Shown: piece after piece, positions 10,839-21,240 of the stretch
Numbering within the stretch: the first letter of the stretch is position 1
Layout: each line of letters begins with the position of its first letter
From: Candidatus Nanoarchaeia archaeon
GTDB lineage: Archaea > Nanobdellota > Nanobdellia > Woesearchaeales > DATDXC01
Assembly (NCBI GenBank): GCA_035289425.1
Contig: DATDXC010000032.1
Span: 22,550 to 86,549 of the forward strand
DNA length: 64,000 bases
Direction of reading: 5' to 3'
Notes under the pieces: model-generated
The model's database searches: none
What the model was told of the DNA's origin: nothing
The model's input: only the letters and a program-made list of their open reading frames with translations
Translations under genes and position numbers: made by a program

Positions 10839-11326
10839 TGCATATCCTTAATCTTTTCTACACCATTTAGTTTGATAATCTCTTCAGCAATTTCTTTCGG
10901 AACCAGATAACGCCAATCCTTATCTTTGATTATTCTCTCCCGTATCTCAGTTGCATTAATATTGGGTATTAGCTCTATTTTTCTCACTTGTATACCTTTT
11001 TCAGCAAACAATTTATCAGTGAAATCATTTCCGGTATACACAATATCAAAGTGAGGCACAATGCTCCGTACATGTTCTACCCAGTTCTGGTCATCGTGGA
11101 TATCGGGAACAGGAACTATAGTATAGGCAGAGATATGATTCGCTTTCAGTGCTGCGGTAATCATATCTTTTCTCTCCATATAGCTGAATGGGTTTTCAGG
11201 GGTGCCTGATTCTTGTGATGAACCGATGGCTATGACCACCTTTTTGCATTCTTTGCGCGCCAACTGTACATCATGAAGGTGTGCCTTGTGGAATGGCTGG
11301 AATCTTCCGATAAAGAGCGCAATCAT
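10835..11326 (-). CDS. nadM: nicotinamide-nucleotide adenylyltransferase (archaeal type)
   Basis: The 'IGRFQPFHKAH' (T/H)xGH motif and its overall length match archaeal NMNAT. Confidence 0.85.
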   Translation of the reverse strand: MIALFIGRFQPFHKAHLHDVQLARKECKKVVIAIGSSQESGTPENPFSYMERKDMITAALKANHISAYTIVPVPDIHDDQNWVEHVRSIVPHFDIVYTGNDFTDKLFAEKGIQVRKIELIPNINATEIRERIIKDKDWRYLVPKEIAEEIIKLNGVEKIKDMH

Positions 11327-12024
11327 TTTATGGTTGGTACTGGTTTTGTTTTATGCCTATTAGCTGCTATAATCTTGAGAATCCGATCACTTTTCTTTCT
11401 TCTTCCCTGCAGCATAGCATCTATGGTTTTATAGGTCTCGCCGATTTCTGACTCATCAGTATGGCCAGGGAACAACTCTGCAGACGGTTCTTTTGTCAGG
11501 AAGTTCTCAGGCAGCCTTAGATAACGGGCCATATTCCTCACCTGAGTCTTGTACAGGCTGCCTATCACCTCAATATCAACAGCGCCATCACCATACTTAG
11601 TAAAGTACCCTAAAGCCATCTCAGTCCTATTCGATGTGCCAATGACCAATGCTTTATGGGAATTGGCGTAGTTGTACAATATGACTGCCCTGATGCGCGC
11701 TTTGGTATTTATGACAGCAGCCTTATTTTGAACCCATGGAAGCTGCTTCATTGGCGTGAGATACTGGTTTATGGGGATTATATGGTATTTTACGTTAAGA
11801 ATCTTGCAGAGATCGATAGCATCTAAGATGTTTGATTTCTTAGTAAGGCCTTTCTGGGGCATCAATAATGCAGTTACATTTTTGCTCCTCAAAGCATCTG
11901 CTGTTAACCTGAGGGACAGCGCAGAATCTATGCCTCCTGACAGGCCTATGACTGCCTTTTTCATTCCTGATTTTAGGAAATAAGCCCTAATTCCGTGCAC
12001 TAATCTAAGATATCTCTTTTCCAC
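11323..12024 (-). CDS. nadE: NH3-dependent NAD+ synthetase
   Basis: Has the 'GLSGGIDSA' PP-loop. It overlaps nadM by 4 nt, suggesting a nadE-nadM operon. Confidence 0.8.
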   Translation of the reverse strand: MEKRYLRLVHGIRAYFLKSGMKKAVIGLSGGIDSALSLRLTADALRSKNVTALLMPQKGLTKKSNILDAIDLCKILNVKYHIIPINQYLTPMKQLPWVQNKAAVINTKARIRAVILYNYANSHKALVIGTSNRTEMALGYFTKYGDGAVDIEVIGSLYKTQVRNMARYLRLPENFLTKEPSAELFPGHTDESEIGETYKTIDAMLQGRRKKSDRILKIIAANRHKTKPVPTIK

Positions 12025-12077
12025 ATAAGATGCAAAAAGAGATATGTTTTTAAAGATTTCCTAAATGATGAAGAGTT

Positions 12078-12344
12078 ATGAATTGCTCTCATTGCAATAA
12101 GGAAGATCGCTGGCTGGAAGTGATAGGCAAGGACTTTATCTGCAAGAAATGCCTCAACAAGAACAAAATTATGGGGCAGGTGTACCGAACCCACATGAAT
12201 ACCTTCCAGTTTCTGATACGAAAAATTAATCCTGCAGATTATGCTGCATTTCTTGCCATAACCAGGCTGCAGGTTGAAAAATTTGCTGACCTTAAGAAAC
12301 AAGGAATATCGCTTAAAACGACCAATGTGGTAGAGTTGAAATAG
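12078..12344 (+). CDS. small zinc-ribbon hypothetical protein
   Basis: Contains 'CSHCN...CKKC' Cys pairs. Confidence 0.3.
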   Translation: MNCSHCNKEDRWLEVIGKDFICKKCLNKNKIMGQVYRTHMNTFQFLIRKINPADYAAFLAITRLQVEKFADLKKQGISLKTTNVVELK

Positions 12345-12375
12345 CTTTTTAAATACGCCTGAATTCTAACAAGGT

Positions 12376-14475
12376 ATGTGTGGCATAGTGGGCATATTTG
12401 GCAAGAAAGACGCTGCTGCTGATATAGTGAGGGGCCTTTCTGTTTTAAAAGAGCGCGGCAGAGATGGGGTCGGTATTTTTAATGACAGGGAGATACATAT
12501 CGGAAAAAAGGTGGAGGATCTTAGGGGCATTTCAGGAAATAATATAATTGCGCACGCACTTCATTCAGTGGTAAGCATAGTGCCACAACCCATCAAGAAA
12601 AAAGGAGTGCTTGTTTCCAACTGCGAGATCTATAATTGGCAGGAATTGAAGGAAAGGTATGGATTGCAGTCGGGGAATGACTCTGAACTTCTGATTGATC
12701 TGATTGAAGCCAAAGGTCTCTTAGAAGCAGTCAAGATCCTTGATGGAGATTATGCATTTGCGTACTGGCACAAAGATGAAATCTATGTTGTAAGAGATAT
12801 AGTGGGAGTAAAACCTGTTTGGTTCTCGCTTGAGAAAGGATTTGCTTTTGCATCCGAAAGGAAGGCATTAGAGCAGATAGGATATGCAAACATAGAGGAG
12901 CTAAATCCACGGACTATTGTGTGTTATAACCTAAAGAAAGGCTCTTTCACCAGGATCAGACGGGAATTTTTCAGGATAGGAAAGATGCGTACAGATAATG
13001 TAATTGAAAAAACAGAGGAATTGTTGCTTGCTGCTGTTAAAAAACGAATCCCAGACAAAAAATTAGGCATCTTATTCTCAGGTGGCATTGATTCTACAAT
13101 GCTGGCATTGCTCTGCAAAAAGCTCGGGAAGGAGTTTATCTGCTATACTGCTGTTCTGGAAGAAAGGGGTATGGGAGATGCCCCGGATTTAGTGTATGCA
13201 AAAAAAGTCGCTGCAGAACTTGGATTCAATCTTAAGATAAAAAAACTAGACCTAAAGGAAACAGAGCAGCTGCTTGCTACAGTCGTGCCCTTGATAGAAG
13301 ATTCTAATGTAGTTAAGGTGGGAGTGGCGCTTCCTTTCTATGCAGCTTGCGAACAAGCCCAGAAAGATGGCATCAAGGTCATGTTTTCTGGATTGGGGAG
13401 TGAAGAGATATTCGCAGGCTATGAACGACACAAAAAATCCCAGGACATCAACAAAGAATGCCTTTCAGGATTGCTCAAGATGTATGAAAGGGATTTGTAC
13501 CGGGATGATGTGGTTACGATGCATAACAATATTGAATTAAGAGTACCTTTCCTTGACAAAGAGCTTATCGCCTATGCATTGTCTATACCCGGCGACATGA
13601 AAATCAGCGGAGATAGAAATAAGATTGTATTACGAGAAATTGCCAAGAGATGCGGCATTCCTGATGAGTATGCTGAACGCAAGAAAAAAGCAGCGCAATA
13701 TGGGAGCAAATTTGACAGAGCTTTAGAAAAGCTTGCACATCGAGCACATGCTTCAAAATCAAGATACTTGCAAAGATTCTACCAACGACCTAACAACCGG
13801 TTGGGTGTTCTCTGGAGCACTGGCAAAGATAGCGCATTAGCTACCTGGATTATGGTAAAGCAAAATTATGAAATCGGCTGTCTGATATCTTTAAAAAGCA
13901 GCAATCCTGATTCTTTTATGTTCCATACGCCCACTATTGACCTCGCACCGTTGCAAGCAGAATCCATGGGTGTTCCACTGGTCATTCAGGAAACGAGGGG
14001 GGAGAAGGAGAAGGAGCTTGCTGATCTTAAGGCAGCAATTCTCAAAGCAAAGAACACCTACCATATCCAAGGCATTGTAACAGGGGCGTTGTATTCTAAC
14101 TATCAAAGGGAGCGGATTGAAAAGATATGTGATTCGTTAGAATTAAAGATTTTTGCTCCATTATGGCATGTGGATCAAGAACAAGAACTGCATACCCTTC
14201 TCACCGAAGGATTTTCAGCCATAATTACGAAAGTAGCTGCTGCAGGACTTAGTGAAAAGTGGCTCGGCAGGGAAATTGATGAAAAAGCTATCTTAGAGCT
14301 AGCGCAACTGCATACAAAATATAGGATCAATGTTGCTGGAGAAGGAGGGGAAACAGAATCTTTGGTGTTGAAATGCCCTCTGTTCTCTAAGAAGCTCAAA
14401 ATTGTGGAAGCAGAAAAGGTCATGGATACCGAGTATAGCGGTTTTCTCCGGATCAAAAAAGCTATTTTAATTTAG
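12376..14475 (+). CDS. asparagine synthase (glutamine-hydrolysing)-like protein fused to a C-terminal DUF71/MJ0570-type (diphthine-ammonia ligase-like) PP-loop domain
   Basis: Has an N-terminal 'MCGIVGIFG' class-II glutamine amidotransferase domain and a central asparagine-synthase domain with an 'SGGIDST' PP-loop. Its C-terminal ~240 aa carry 'LWSTGKDS' and 'GEGGETESL', typical of the DUF71 ATP-binding domain. Confidence 0.7.
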   Translation: MCGIVGIFGKKDAAADIVRGLSVLKERGRDGVGIFNDREIHIGKKVEDLRGISGNNIIAHALHSVVSIVPQPIKKKGVLVSNCEIYNWQELKERYGLQSGNDSELLIDLIEAKGLLEAVKILDGDYAFAYWHKDEIYVVRDIVGVKPVWFSLEKGFAFASERKALEQIGYANIEELNPRTIVCYNLKKGSFTRIRREFFRIGKMRTDNVIEKTEELLLAAVKKRIPDKKLGILFSGGIDSTMLALLCKKLGKEFICYTAVLEERGMGDAPDLVYAKKVAAELGFNLKIKKLDLKETEQLLATVVPLIEDSNVVKVGVALPFYAACEQAQKDGIKVMFSGLGSEEIFAGYERHKKSQDINKECLSGLLKMYERDLYRDDVVTMHNNIELRVPFLDKELIAYALSIPGDMKISGDRNKIVLREIAKRCGIPDEYAERKKKAAQYGSKFDRALEKLAHRAHASKSRYLQRFYQRPNNRLGVLWSTGKDSALATWIMVKQNYEIGCLISLKSSNPDSFMFHTPTIDLAPLQAESMGVPLVIQETRGEKEKELADLKAAILKAKNTYHIQGIVTGALYSNYQRERIEKICDSLELKIFAPLWHVDQEQELHTLLTEGFSAIITKVAAAGLSEKWLGREIDEKAILELAQLHTKYRINVAGEGGETESLVLKCPLFSKKLKIVEAEKVMDTEYSGFLRIKKAILI

Positions 14476-14866
14476 ACGATTTGTATGTGTCTTCTTTGTA
14501 AGGTTTCATGCGATAAATGTGCGGATGTAAGCCCCTTTGCCGCAGCTGCTCCTCCAGATTATAGGTAAATGATTTTTGGTCGTAGCCAAGGCATATGACT
14601 TCCGGATCTGTTTCCTCAACAATCTTGTATTTGTCCCCATCATAGCCAAGCACTGCCTTGTCTACAAAAGGCACCGCGCTCACCTGCTGGAGACGTTGGG
14701 ATTCATCGTATTTAGGTAGTTTGCCTTTTACCTCCCTGATGGTCTGGTCCCTGGCAACCACCACAACTAGGTAGTCTCCCAGTTTCTTTGCCTCCCGCAG
14801 ATAATAAATGTGTCCTGGATGGAGCACATCAAAGCTACCGAAGCAGAGCACTTTTTTCATGAGCAT
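14462..14866 (-). CDS. ribL: FAD synthetase (RibL-type cytidylyltransferase family)
   Basis: 'GSFDVLHPGH' and 'VVVARD', plus its length and layout, match archaeal RibL. Confidence 0.7.
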   Translation of the reverse strand: MLMKKVLCFGSFDVLHPGHIYYLREAKKLGDYLVVVVARDQTIREVKGKLPKYDESQRLQQVSAVPFVDKAVLGYDGDKYKIVEETDPEVICLGYDQKSFTYNLEEQLRQRGLHPHIYRMKPYKEDTYKSSKLK

Positions 14867-14896
14867 AGTAATGTATGAAGATTTATTAATGTTTAG

Positions 14897-15667
14897 CTAA
14901 TATTTCATATTCCAGGTAGCTGTTCCATATTTTTTCCTGCTTAATGTTTCCGCAGCTGCCATCTCATCACCAGTCAAGGAGCTTTTCTGAATATCCATAT
15001 TTAATGCAGTCCTGAACCCATCAGCCATAGCATCCCTTACTTCTGCATAATCTGTTTTTTTGTTCCGCTCTGTTGCTATGGAAGTCATGCGTTTCTTGAC
15101 TTCTTTGGCCATCTGAGTGGAGTAGTTCTTAAATAATGAACAATAAGTATCAATATCTGCCTCAATTAAGATTGCTCCATGCTGCAGCAGCTTTCCCTGA
15201 ATTCGCTTTTGAGCGCTTCCCAGAATCTTTTTTCCATTTACTAGTATCTCATACCACGATGGTTCCTGGAAGCAGACTGCGGACTTATGCCCCTTAGTAA
15301 CTTCCTCATTCATGCGGGGGTCTAACCCAAGATTCTTGAGGCCCTGCAACAAGCCCTTGCTGATAACTTTGTAGGATTCGACAATGGAGGCAGGCATCTG
15401 GGATTCATCAATGATGAAAGAATACGTTATTTCAACATCATGCAGGACTGCATTTCCGCCAGTTACCCTTCTCACAAAATCTATATTGTTGCTTCTGAGA
15501 GCATCAAAATTGAACTGTTCCTTTGACTGGAAGTATCCAATGCTTAAAGCAGCCGGCTTCCATGCATAGAACCTAAGGACAGGCATGCTAGAAGATAAAA
15601 GGGCTTCATCAATTGCCATATTCATAAAAGCATCGTGAATGCCAGTATCTAACAACCTAACTTTCAT
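14897..15667 (-). CDS. lplA: lipoate-protein ligase A
   Basis: Has an LplA catalytic domain with 'KK..GSAQ', conserved Lys in 'GKKILGSAQKR'. The track ORF extends to 15745; the start was trimmed to Met27, giving an 11-nt overlap with lipA. Confidence 0.75.
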   Translation of the reverse strand: MKVRLLDTGIHDAFMNMAIDEALLSSSMPVLRFYAWKPAALSIGYFQSKEQFNFDALRSNNIDFVRRVTGGNAVLHDVEITYSFIIDESQMPASIVESYKVISKGLLQGLKNLGLDPRMNEEVTKGHKSAVCFQEPSWYEILVNGKKILGSAQKRIQGKLLQHGAILIEADIDTYCSLFKNYSTQMAKEVKKRMTSIATERNKKTDYAEVRDAMADGFRTALNMDIQKSSLTGDEMAAAETLSRKKYGTATWNMKY

Positions 15668-16496
15668 GGACTGCATCCTCAGCATGATATGAAGACCGGA
15701 CCAATGGCCCTGATTCGACATGGGAAAATCCCAGCTCATAGCCAATCCTCTTGAATTCGCTGAATTCTTCAGGAGTGTAATATTTTAAGACAGGTGTATG
15801 ATCTTTTGATGGCTGCAGATATTGCCCTAAAGTCAGGATATCCACTTTAGCGAACCTCAATGCCCGCATGGTCTTGATGACTTCTTTGTCAATTTCACCG
15901 AGGCCGAGCATGATGCTTGATTTGGTTGCCTGTTTGGGATTCATCTCTTTTATATTCTTCAGGAACTGAAGGGATTGATTATAGGTATACCCTGGACGCA
16001 TGGTCGGGAATAATCTTTCGACAGTCTCGATATTGTGGGCAAAAACATCTGGTTCAGCTGCTAAAATAGATTTAATGCTGTCTATGTTACCTCTAAAATC
16101 TGGAGTGAGGACCTCAACCTTTGCCTGCGCAATCTTTTTTATGGCAGTTATTGTTTTCTTGAACATACGGGCACCTCCATCTTGGAGGTCATCCCTGGTA
16201 ACAGAGGTTATAACAGCGTATCTAATCCCCATCTCTTTTATGATGTTTGCTACCTTTTCTGGTTCATGAGGGTCTACTTTCAATGGGATGCCATGCTTGA
16301 CATCGCAATAAGGGCAATTCCTAGTGCAATAATCTCCCAATATCAGAAATGTGGCTGTACCTCTGCCCCAGCATTCTGCCAGATTAGGGCACTTGGCCTC
16401 TTCGCAGATTGTGTGAGTTGAACCAGTTACTAAGGATTTAAGCTTTACATACGATCCCCCCAAAGGAATCTTCACTTTAAGCCAGTCTGGTTTCAT
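15657..16496 (-). CDS. lipA: lipoyl synthase
   Basis: Carries the radical-SAM 'CTRNCPYC' cluster and an upstream 'CEEAKCPNLAEC' cluster. Confidence 0.85.
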   Translation of the reverse strand: MKPDWLKVKIPLGGSYVKLKSLVTGSTHTICEEAKCPNLAECWGRGTATFLILGDYCTRNCPYCDVKHGIPLKVDPHEPEKVANIIKEMGIRYAVITSVTRDDLQDGGARMFKKTITAIKKIAQAKVEVLTPDFRGNIDSIKSILAAEPDVFAHNIETVERLFPTMRPGYTYNQSLQFLKNIKEMNPKQATKSSIMLGLGEIDKEVIKTMRALRFAKVDILTLGQYLQPSKDHTPVLKYYTPEEFSEFKRIGYELGFSHVESGPLVRSSYHAEDAVHES

Positions 16497-16543
16497 AGAG
16501 AGGAGGAAAAGGAGAGCTTTTAAAAATATTGTTGTTTGACCTA

Positions 16544-17869
16544 CTATAATTTTCGTATTGCTATGTCTACTGCACTTAAAAGGACATCATAGGTCTGGGA
16601 TATGGGCGGGCAATAGGCCAGTTCCACATTAGATAGTTCATTTAGGGTCATGCCTGCGAGCATGGCAGTAGACACCACATTAATTCTGGCTGCAGCACCC
16701 TGGCCGATTGCCTGGGCTCCCAAAATCTTTCCTGTTTTTTTATCGGCAATTATCTTAACGGTAATTTCTTTGCCATCTGGCATATATTCTGGAAGGGTGC
16801 TCCCTGTGGCCTTTCCAATAACAATCTCAAAATTATTTTGAGCTGCTGCGTGTGTGTTGAAGCCAGTTGACGCCACTTCCATGTCACCAGCAACAGATAC
16901 AAATGTGCCCAGGGTCCCCTTAATAGAAGCATTTCCTCCAGCTGCGTTTGTGCCTGCTACAGTACCCTGCTTATAGGCTGTTGTCGCTAACAAGGAAGGC
17001 ATTTGTTTTTTTGTAATAAGGCTGGGGAGAGTAATGGAGTCTCCTGCTGCATACACTTCGGGAACAGAGGTTTGAAGCTTATCATTCACGATGATTCCTC
17101 CTTTATCTGTAGCCAAGCCTGAATCGCCTGCCAGCTTTATGCATGGCCTTACTCCTGTTGCCATCACTATGATGTCTGCTTTAATCTTTTCAGTTTCTAT
17201 GAAAATTGTTGAACCCTCTATTTTTTCCAATTTCTTTCCAAGCAAAAGGCTGATTCCTTTATCTTTAAGGAAGGATTCGACTTTCTGAGACATATCAGGG
17301 TCTAATGATCGAGGATACACTGCAGGAATCATCTCGATGAGGCAAACATTGAGACCTCTGTTTCTCAGAGCATATGCGATCTCGACCCCAATTGCGCCTG
17401 CACCGATAATAGCAGCAGACTTTGCTTCCTGCACTGCCTTATCGAGCTTTTCAGAATTCTCCAATGTATCAACAGTAAAGATATGGGGGTTGTTCTCCAC
17501 ACCGGGTAAAGGAGGTATAAATGCGTAAGAGCCTACTGCAATAATAACCGTATTATAGGGGATTGAGGAAATCTCCTTTGTCTGGATGTTCTCATAATAC
17601 ACTTGCTTCTCCTCATGTATAATTTTTTTTGCTATACAGCTGCCTATCACCTTAATGCCCATCATACCTGCATTGATGTCATGTTTCAATCCTGCAAAGC
17701 TATGAAGTTTTCTCTCAAGAACGTACGGAAGGCCGCATACATGCAATAAATCGAAGTCCTTCTTATCAATGATGGTTATCTCTGCGGATCTATCTTGTTT
17801 CTTCGCTGCCAAAGCTGCGGCAAATCCTGCAGTACCTAGACCAATAATAACCAGCTTAACCATACCCAT
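16544..17869 (-). CDS. FAD-dependent pyridine nucleotide-disulfide oxidoreductase (NADH oxidase / CoA-disulfide reductase family)
   Basis: Has two Rossmann GxGxxG motifs and a single redox Cys in 'LHVCGLPY'. Lpd enzymes instead use a CxxxxC pair. Confidence 0.7.
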   Translation of the reverse strand: MGMVKLVIIGLGTAGFAAALAAKKQDRSAEITIIDKKDFDLLHVCGLPYVLERKLHSFAGLKHDINAGMMGIKVIGSCIAKKIIHEEKQVYYENIQTKEISSIPYNTVIIAVGSYAFIPPLPGVENNPHIFTVDTLENSEKLDKAVQEAKSAAIIGAGAIGVEIAYALRNRGLNVCLIEMIPAVYPRSLDPDMSQKVESFLKDKGISLLLGKKLEKIEGSTIFIETEKIKADIIVMATGVRPCIKLAGDSGLATDKGGIIVNDKLQTSVPEVYAAGDSITLPSLITKKQMPSLLATTAYKQGTVAGTNAAGGNASIKGTLGTFVSVAGDMEVASTGFNTHAAAQNNFEIVIGKATGSTLPEYMPDGKEITVKIIADKKTGKILGAQAIGQGAAARINVVSTAMLAGMTLNELSNVELAYCPPISQTYDVLLSAVDIAIRKL

Positions 17870-17948
17870 GAGAAAAAAATTGCATCATTTAAAGGTTTCT
17901 GTAGCTAATGGGAATTGCTACATATAACTAGGTCAAAAAAGAAAAAAA

Positions 17949-19283
17949 TTATGTGGTTTCAAAGTACTTTTCGAGTTCCCACGCAGTCACCTGCAACCTG
18001 AATTCATCAAATTCTGCCTTTTTAGCTGCCACATAAATCGGATAGGTGTGTTTGCCCAACGCTTCCTGGATGACCGGATCCTTCTTAAGCTCAAGGATAG
18101 CCTCCCCTAAAGAAGAAGGCAGGGTGTCTATCTTGTAGCTTGCCAGCTTTACATCATCAAATTCATACACATCCTCTTCAACAGGCGCGGGCGGCACCAT
18201 CTTGTGCTTTATGCCGTCAAGTCCCGCCTTTAACATAACCGCAAAGGTTAAGTAAGGATTGCTGCTTGGATCAGGGCATCTCAATTCGCAACGGGTTGCC
18301 TTTTCTCTGCCTGGACTGTAGCGCGGGATCCTTATCAGCGCTGATCTGTTCCTTTGCGCCCAGCAGATGTAAACCGGAGCCTCATACCCGGGAACAAGGC
18401 GTTTGTAAGAGTTGACTGTTGGAGCCACAACCGCAGCCATTGATTTGACATGGTGCAATTGGCCGGCAATGAAGCTTTTCGCCAATGATGTTAACTTGTA
18501 TTTGTCATTTGCATCGTAGAAAGCATTCTGACCATTCTTGTCAAACAGGCTCTGGTGGACGTGCATACCGGAACCGTTCTCTCCATAAATGGGTTTGGGC
18601 ATGAATGTTGCATATAATCCATGTTTTTGCGAAATGCTCTTCACCACATGCTTGAATGTCAGTGCCCTATCAGCCTGTATCAATGCGTTGCCATATTTGA
18701 AATCGATCTCATGCTGACCAGGCGCAACCTCATGGTGGGACATCTCAACTTCCAGGCCCATGGTTTCAATTGCCTTGATGATATCATTCCTGACTTCAAC
18801 TGCCAAATCCATTGGTGAGAAATCAAAGTATCCTGCTTTGTCATGGGTTACCGGGACCAAAGCTCCATTTTCCCGTGGCTTGAACAAGAAGAATTCCAGT
18901 TCGGGGCCCACATTATACTCATAACCTGCATTCTCAGCTTCTTTCATCACTTTCTTTAGTATGAAACGGGGATCACCCTCAAATGGTTCCCCATCGGGCA
19001 TATACACATCACAGATCAGCCGGGCTGTGGACTGTTCCCCGGTCTCCCAAGGAAGAACCGCATACGTCTCCGGATCTGGCTTCAGAAACATGTCTGACTC
19101 TGCAATCCGTGTAAACCCTTCAATGGAGCTTCCGTCGAACCATGTACCTTTATCCAATGACTCGGGCAGCTTCTCAACCGGAATCGTGACAGATTTTATC
19201 GAACCGTGTATGTCGGTAAACTGCAGCTGCACAAATTTAACATTGTCTTGTTTTGATTTTTCCAATACCTGTTTTGCATCCAT
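17949..19283 (-). CDS. glnA: glutamine synthetase
   Basis: Conserved GS catalytic-domain motifs across 444 aa. Confidence 0.9.
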   Translation of the reverse strand: MDAKQVLEKSKQDNVKFVQLQFTDIHGSIKSVTIPVEKLPESLDKGTWFDGSSIEGFTRIAESDMFLKPDPETYAVLPWETGEQSTARLICDVYMPDGEPFEGDPRFILKKVMKEAENAGYEYNVGPELEFFLFKPRENGALVPVTHDKAGYFDFSPMDLAVEVRNDIIKAIETMGLEVEMSHHEVAPGQHEIDFKYGNALIQADRALTFKHVVKSISQKHGLYATFMPKPIYGENGSGMHVHQSLFDKNGQNAFYDANDKYKLTSLAKSFIAGQLHHVKSMAAVVAPTVNSYKRLVPGYEAPVYICWAQRNRSALIRIPRYSPGREKATRCELRCPDPSSNPYLTFAVMLKAGLDGIKHKMVPPAPVEEDVYEFDDVKLASYKIDTLPSSLGEAILELKKDPVIQEALGKHTYPIYVAAKKAEFDEFRLQVTAWELEKYFETT

Positions 19284-19374
19284 CTAAATCACCACCTTAC
19301 TAATTTTATTCGACTGCGAGAGCTCTGTGCTTTTGCCACCCTTGATTTTTTTATTTGATTAAGTGTAAACAAAA

Positions 19375-19779
19375 CTATTTTTTTCCTATTCCTTGCTGTA
19401 GCTCTTTCTTCCTTTTTTCAGAAATGAATTGACTCATACCACCTATAGCATCTGGTCCACGGATTCCGGTCCGAATCCTAATGCATTCTGACAGGGGCAG
19501 TACAAAAATCTTCCCATCTCCCAATTCCTTAGTTCGAGCGCCTTTTATAATGGCATTGATAGTTGGTTCGACAAAATCTTCATTTACTGCTATCTCGACT
19601 CGTATTTTAGGCATCAAGGTAACTTCGTCAGTTGTTGCACGAAGCACTTCAATAAATCCTTTTTGCTCGCCGCAACCTCTGACCCTACTCACTGACATCC
19701 GGGATATATCTGATTTGAATAACTCTTTCTTTACTTCCCTGAAACGTTCTGGCTTGACATAGGCAATAATCAGTTTCAT
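19375..19779 (-). CDS. glnK: nitrogen regulatory protein P-II (GlnK-like)
   Basis: Has 'GDGKIFV' and 'RIRTG' P-II signatures and lies adjacent to amt. Confidence 0.85.
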   Translation of the reverse strand: MKLIIAYVKPERFREVKKELFKSDISRMSVSRVRGCGEQKGFIEVLRATTDEVTLMPKIRVEIAVNEDFVEPTINAIIKGARTKELGDGKIFVLPLSECIRIRTGIRGPDAIGGMSQFISEKRKKELQQGIGKK

Positions 19780-19788
19780 TTTCTCCTC

Positions 19789-21105
19789 TTAAGAAGGGAT
19801 ATCAATATCGGGATAAGCCTCTTCTCCATGCTGTGTTAAGTCTAAACCGAGCACTTCCTCTTTCTTTGTTACACGCAATTTAATAACAAAGTCAATGGCC
19901 TTAAATATGATTATAGTTGCTAAGAATGCATAAGCTGCTGTCGCAATAACTGCGATCAGTTGGATGATGACCAACATTGGATTTCCAGCTATTAGACCGT
20001 TGCCCCCTGCGGCATTAATTGCTATCTCAGCAAATACTCCGGTCAAGATCGCTCCGGTAATGCCGCCAATGCCATGGCAGGCAAACACATCTAATGCGTC
20101 ATCGAGTTTCGTCCTTGTCTTAATAAAAACAACTGCAGTATAACATGCTATACCTGCAATTACCCCAATGATTATTGAGGAGGCCACACTTACGTAGCCT
20201 GAAGCAGGTGTTATCGCAACCAAACCACACACAGCGCCAGTAACTATACCCATACTGCTTGGTTTTTTATTGTGAATCCAACTTACTGCCATCCACGACA
20301 AAGCGGCTGCTGCTGCTGCTGTGTTAGTAACAACGAAGGCTTGTGCCGCCAACCCATTCGCTCCTAACGCAGAGCCTGCGTTAAAACCAAACCAGCCAAA
20401 CCATAGGAACGCTGCTCCAAAAATGGTCATGGTGATGTCGTGCGGCCTTATTTCACTGCCTGCATTCAATTCAACTCGCTTGCCGATCAACAATGCTACT
20501 GCGAGAGCTGAAACGCCGGCAGTAATGTGGACCACAGTTCCACCCGCAAAATCCAACATACCTAAACTGCGAATCCACCCACCTACACCCCACACCCAGT
20601 GTGCTACCGGAGCATACACAAATATTGACCACGCTATGATAAACAGTATGAATGCAGCAAACTTCATTCTGTCTGCAAAAGCACCTATAATCAAAGCTGG
20701 TGTGATGATTGCAAACATTGCCTGAAATATCATAAATGCCAGCGCAGGAATGGTTGAACTATAATTCGGATCAGCTTCCATTCCAACACCTCTAAGGCCA
20801 ACATGGGCAAGATTTCCAAGAAAACCAGACCCATTATCTGGGCCGAAGGCTAAGGTGTAACCAATCAGTACCCATATAATGCTAACGAGGGCAATAATGA
20901 TAAAACTCTGAGTTAAAATGGCAAGCACATTTTTTTTCCGTACCATGCCCCCATAAAAAAAACCTAATGCAGGAGTCATCATCATAACCAAGGCAGCTGA
21001 GAGTAATACCCATGCAGTATCACCTGCGCTTATTTCCGTTTCCGCAGCCACGGTTGGCATTAAAGACACAATGCAAAAAAATAAGATTGATAATTTCGTT
21101 TTCAT
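19789..21105 (-). CDS. amt: ammonium transporter
   Basis: A multi-TM Amt/MEP family protein with a signal peptide. Confidence 0.9.
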   Translation of the reverse strand: MKTKLSILFFCIVSLMPTVAAETEISAGDTAWVLLSAALVMMMTPALGFFYGGMVRKKNVLAILTQSFIIIALVSIIWVLIGYTLAFGPDNGSGFLGNLAHVGLRGVGMEADPNYSSTIPALAFMIFQAMFAIITPALIIGAFADRMKFAAFILFIIAWSIFVYAPVAHWVWGVGGWIRSLGMLDFAGGTVVHITAGVSALAVALLIGKRVELNAGSEIRPHDITMTIFGAAFLWFGWFGFNAGSALGANGLAAQAFVVTNTAAAAAALSWMAVSWIHNKKPSSMGIVTGAVCGLVAITPASGYVSVASSIIIGVIAGIACYTAVVFIKTRTKLDDALDVFACHGIGGITGAILTGVFAEIAINAAGGNGLIAGNPMLVIIQLIAVIATAAYAFLATIIIFKAIDFVIKLRVTKKEEVLGLDLTQHGEEAYPDIDIPS

Positions 21106-21240
21106 AATAAAGAAAGAAAAATAGCACTTTTATATAGTTTTCTTCTATATTACTAAACAATTGTTCTTATTTTTTAGTAAAATTTAAATATTCATCAGTA
21201 TTATTGTACTTTTATAAGTATAAAGTAAACATTTGTAAAA

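Noticed and set aside
12000-12302. A 100-aa minus-strand ORF overlapping the 88-aa plus-strand zinc-ribbon ORF.
   Set aside because: The plus-strand ORF has CxxC pairs and protein-like composition. The minus-strand frame looks like a low-complexity antisense artefact. Only one can be real; the choice is low confidence.
16544-17869. Calling this flavoprotein dihydrolipoamide dehydrogenase (E3) because it sits next to lipA/lplA.
   Set aside because: It has a single redox-active Cys ('HVCGLPY'), as in NADH oxidase/CoA-disulfide reductase, not the CxxxxC disulfide of Lpd.
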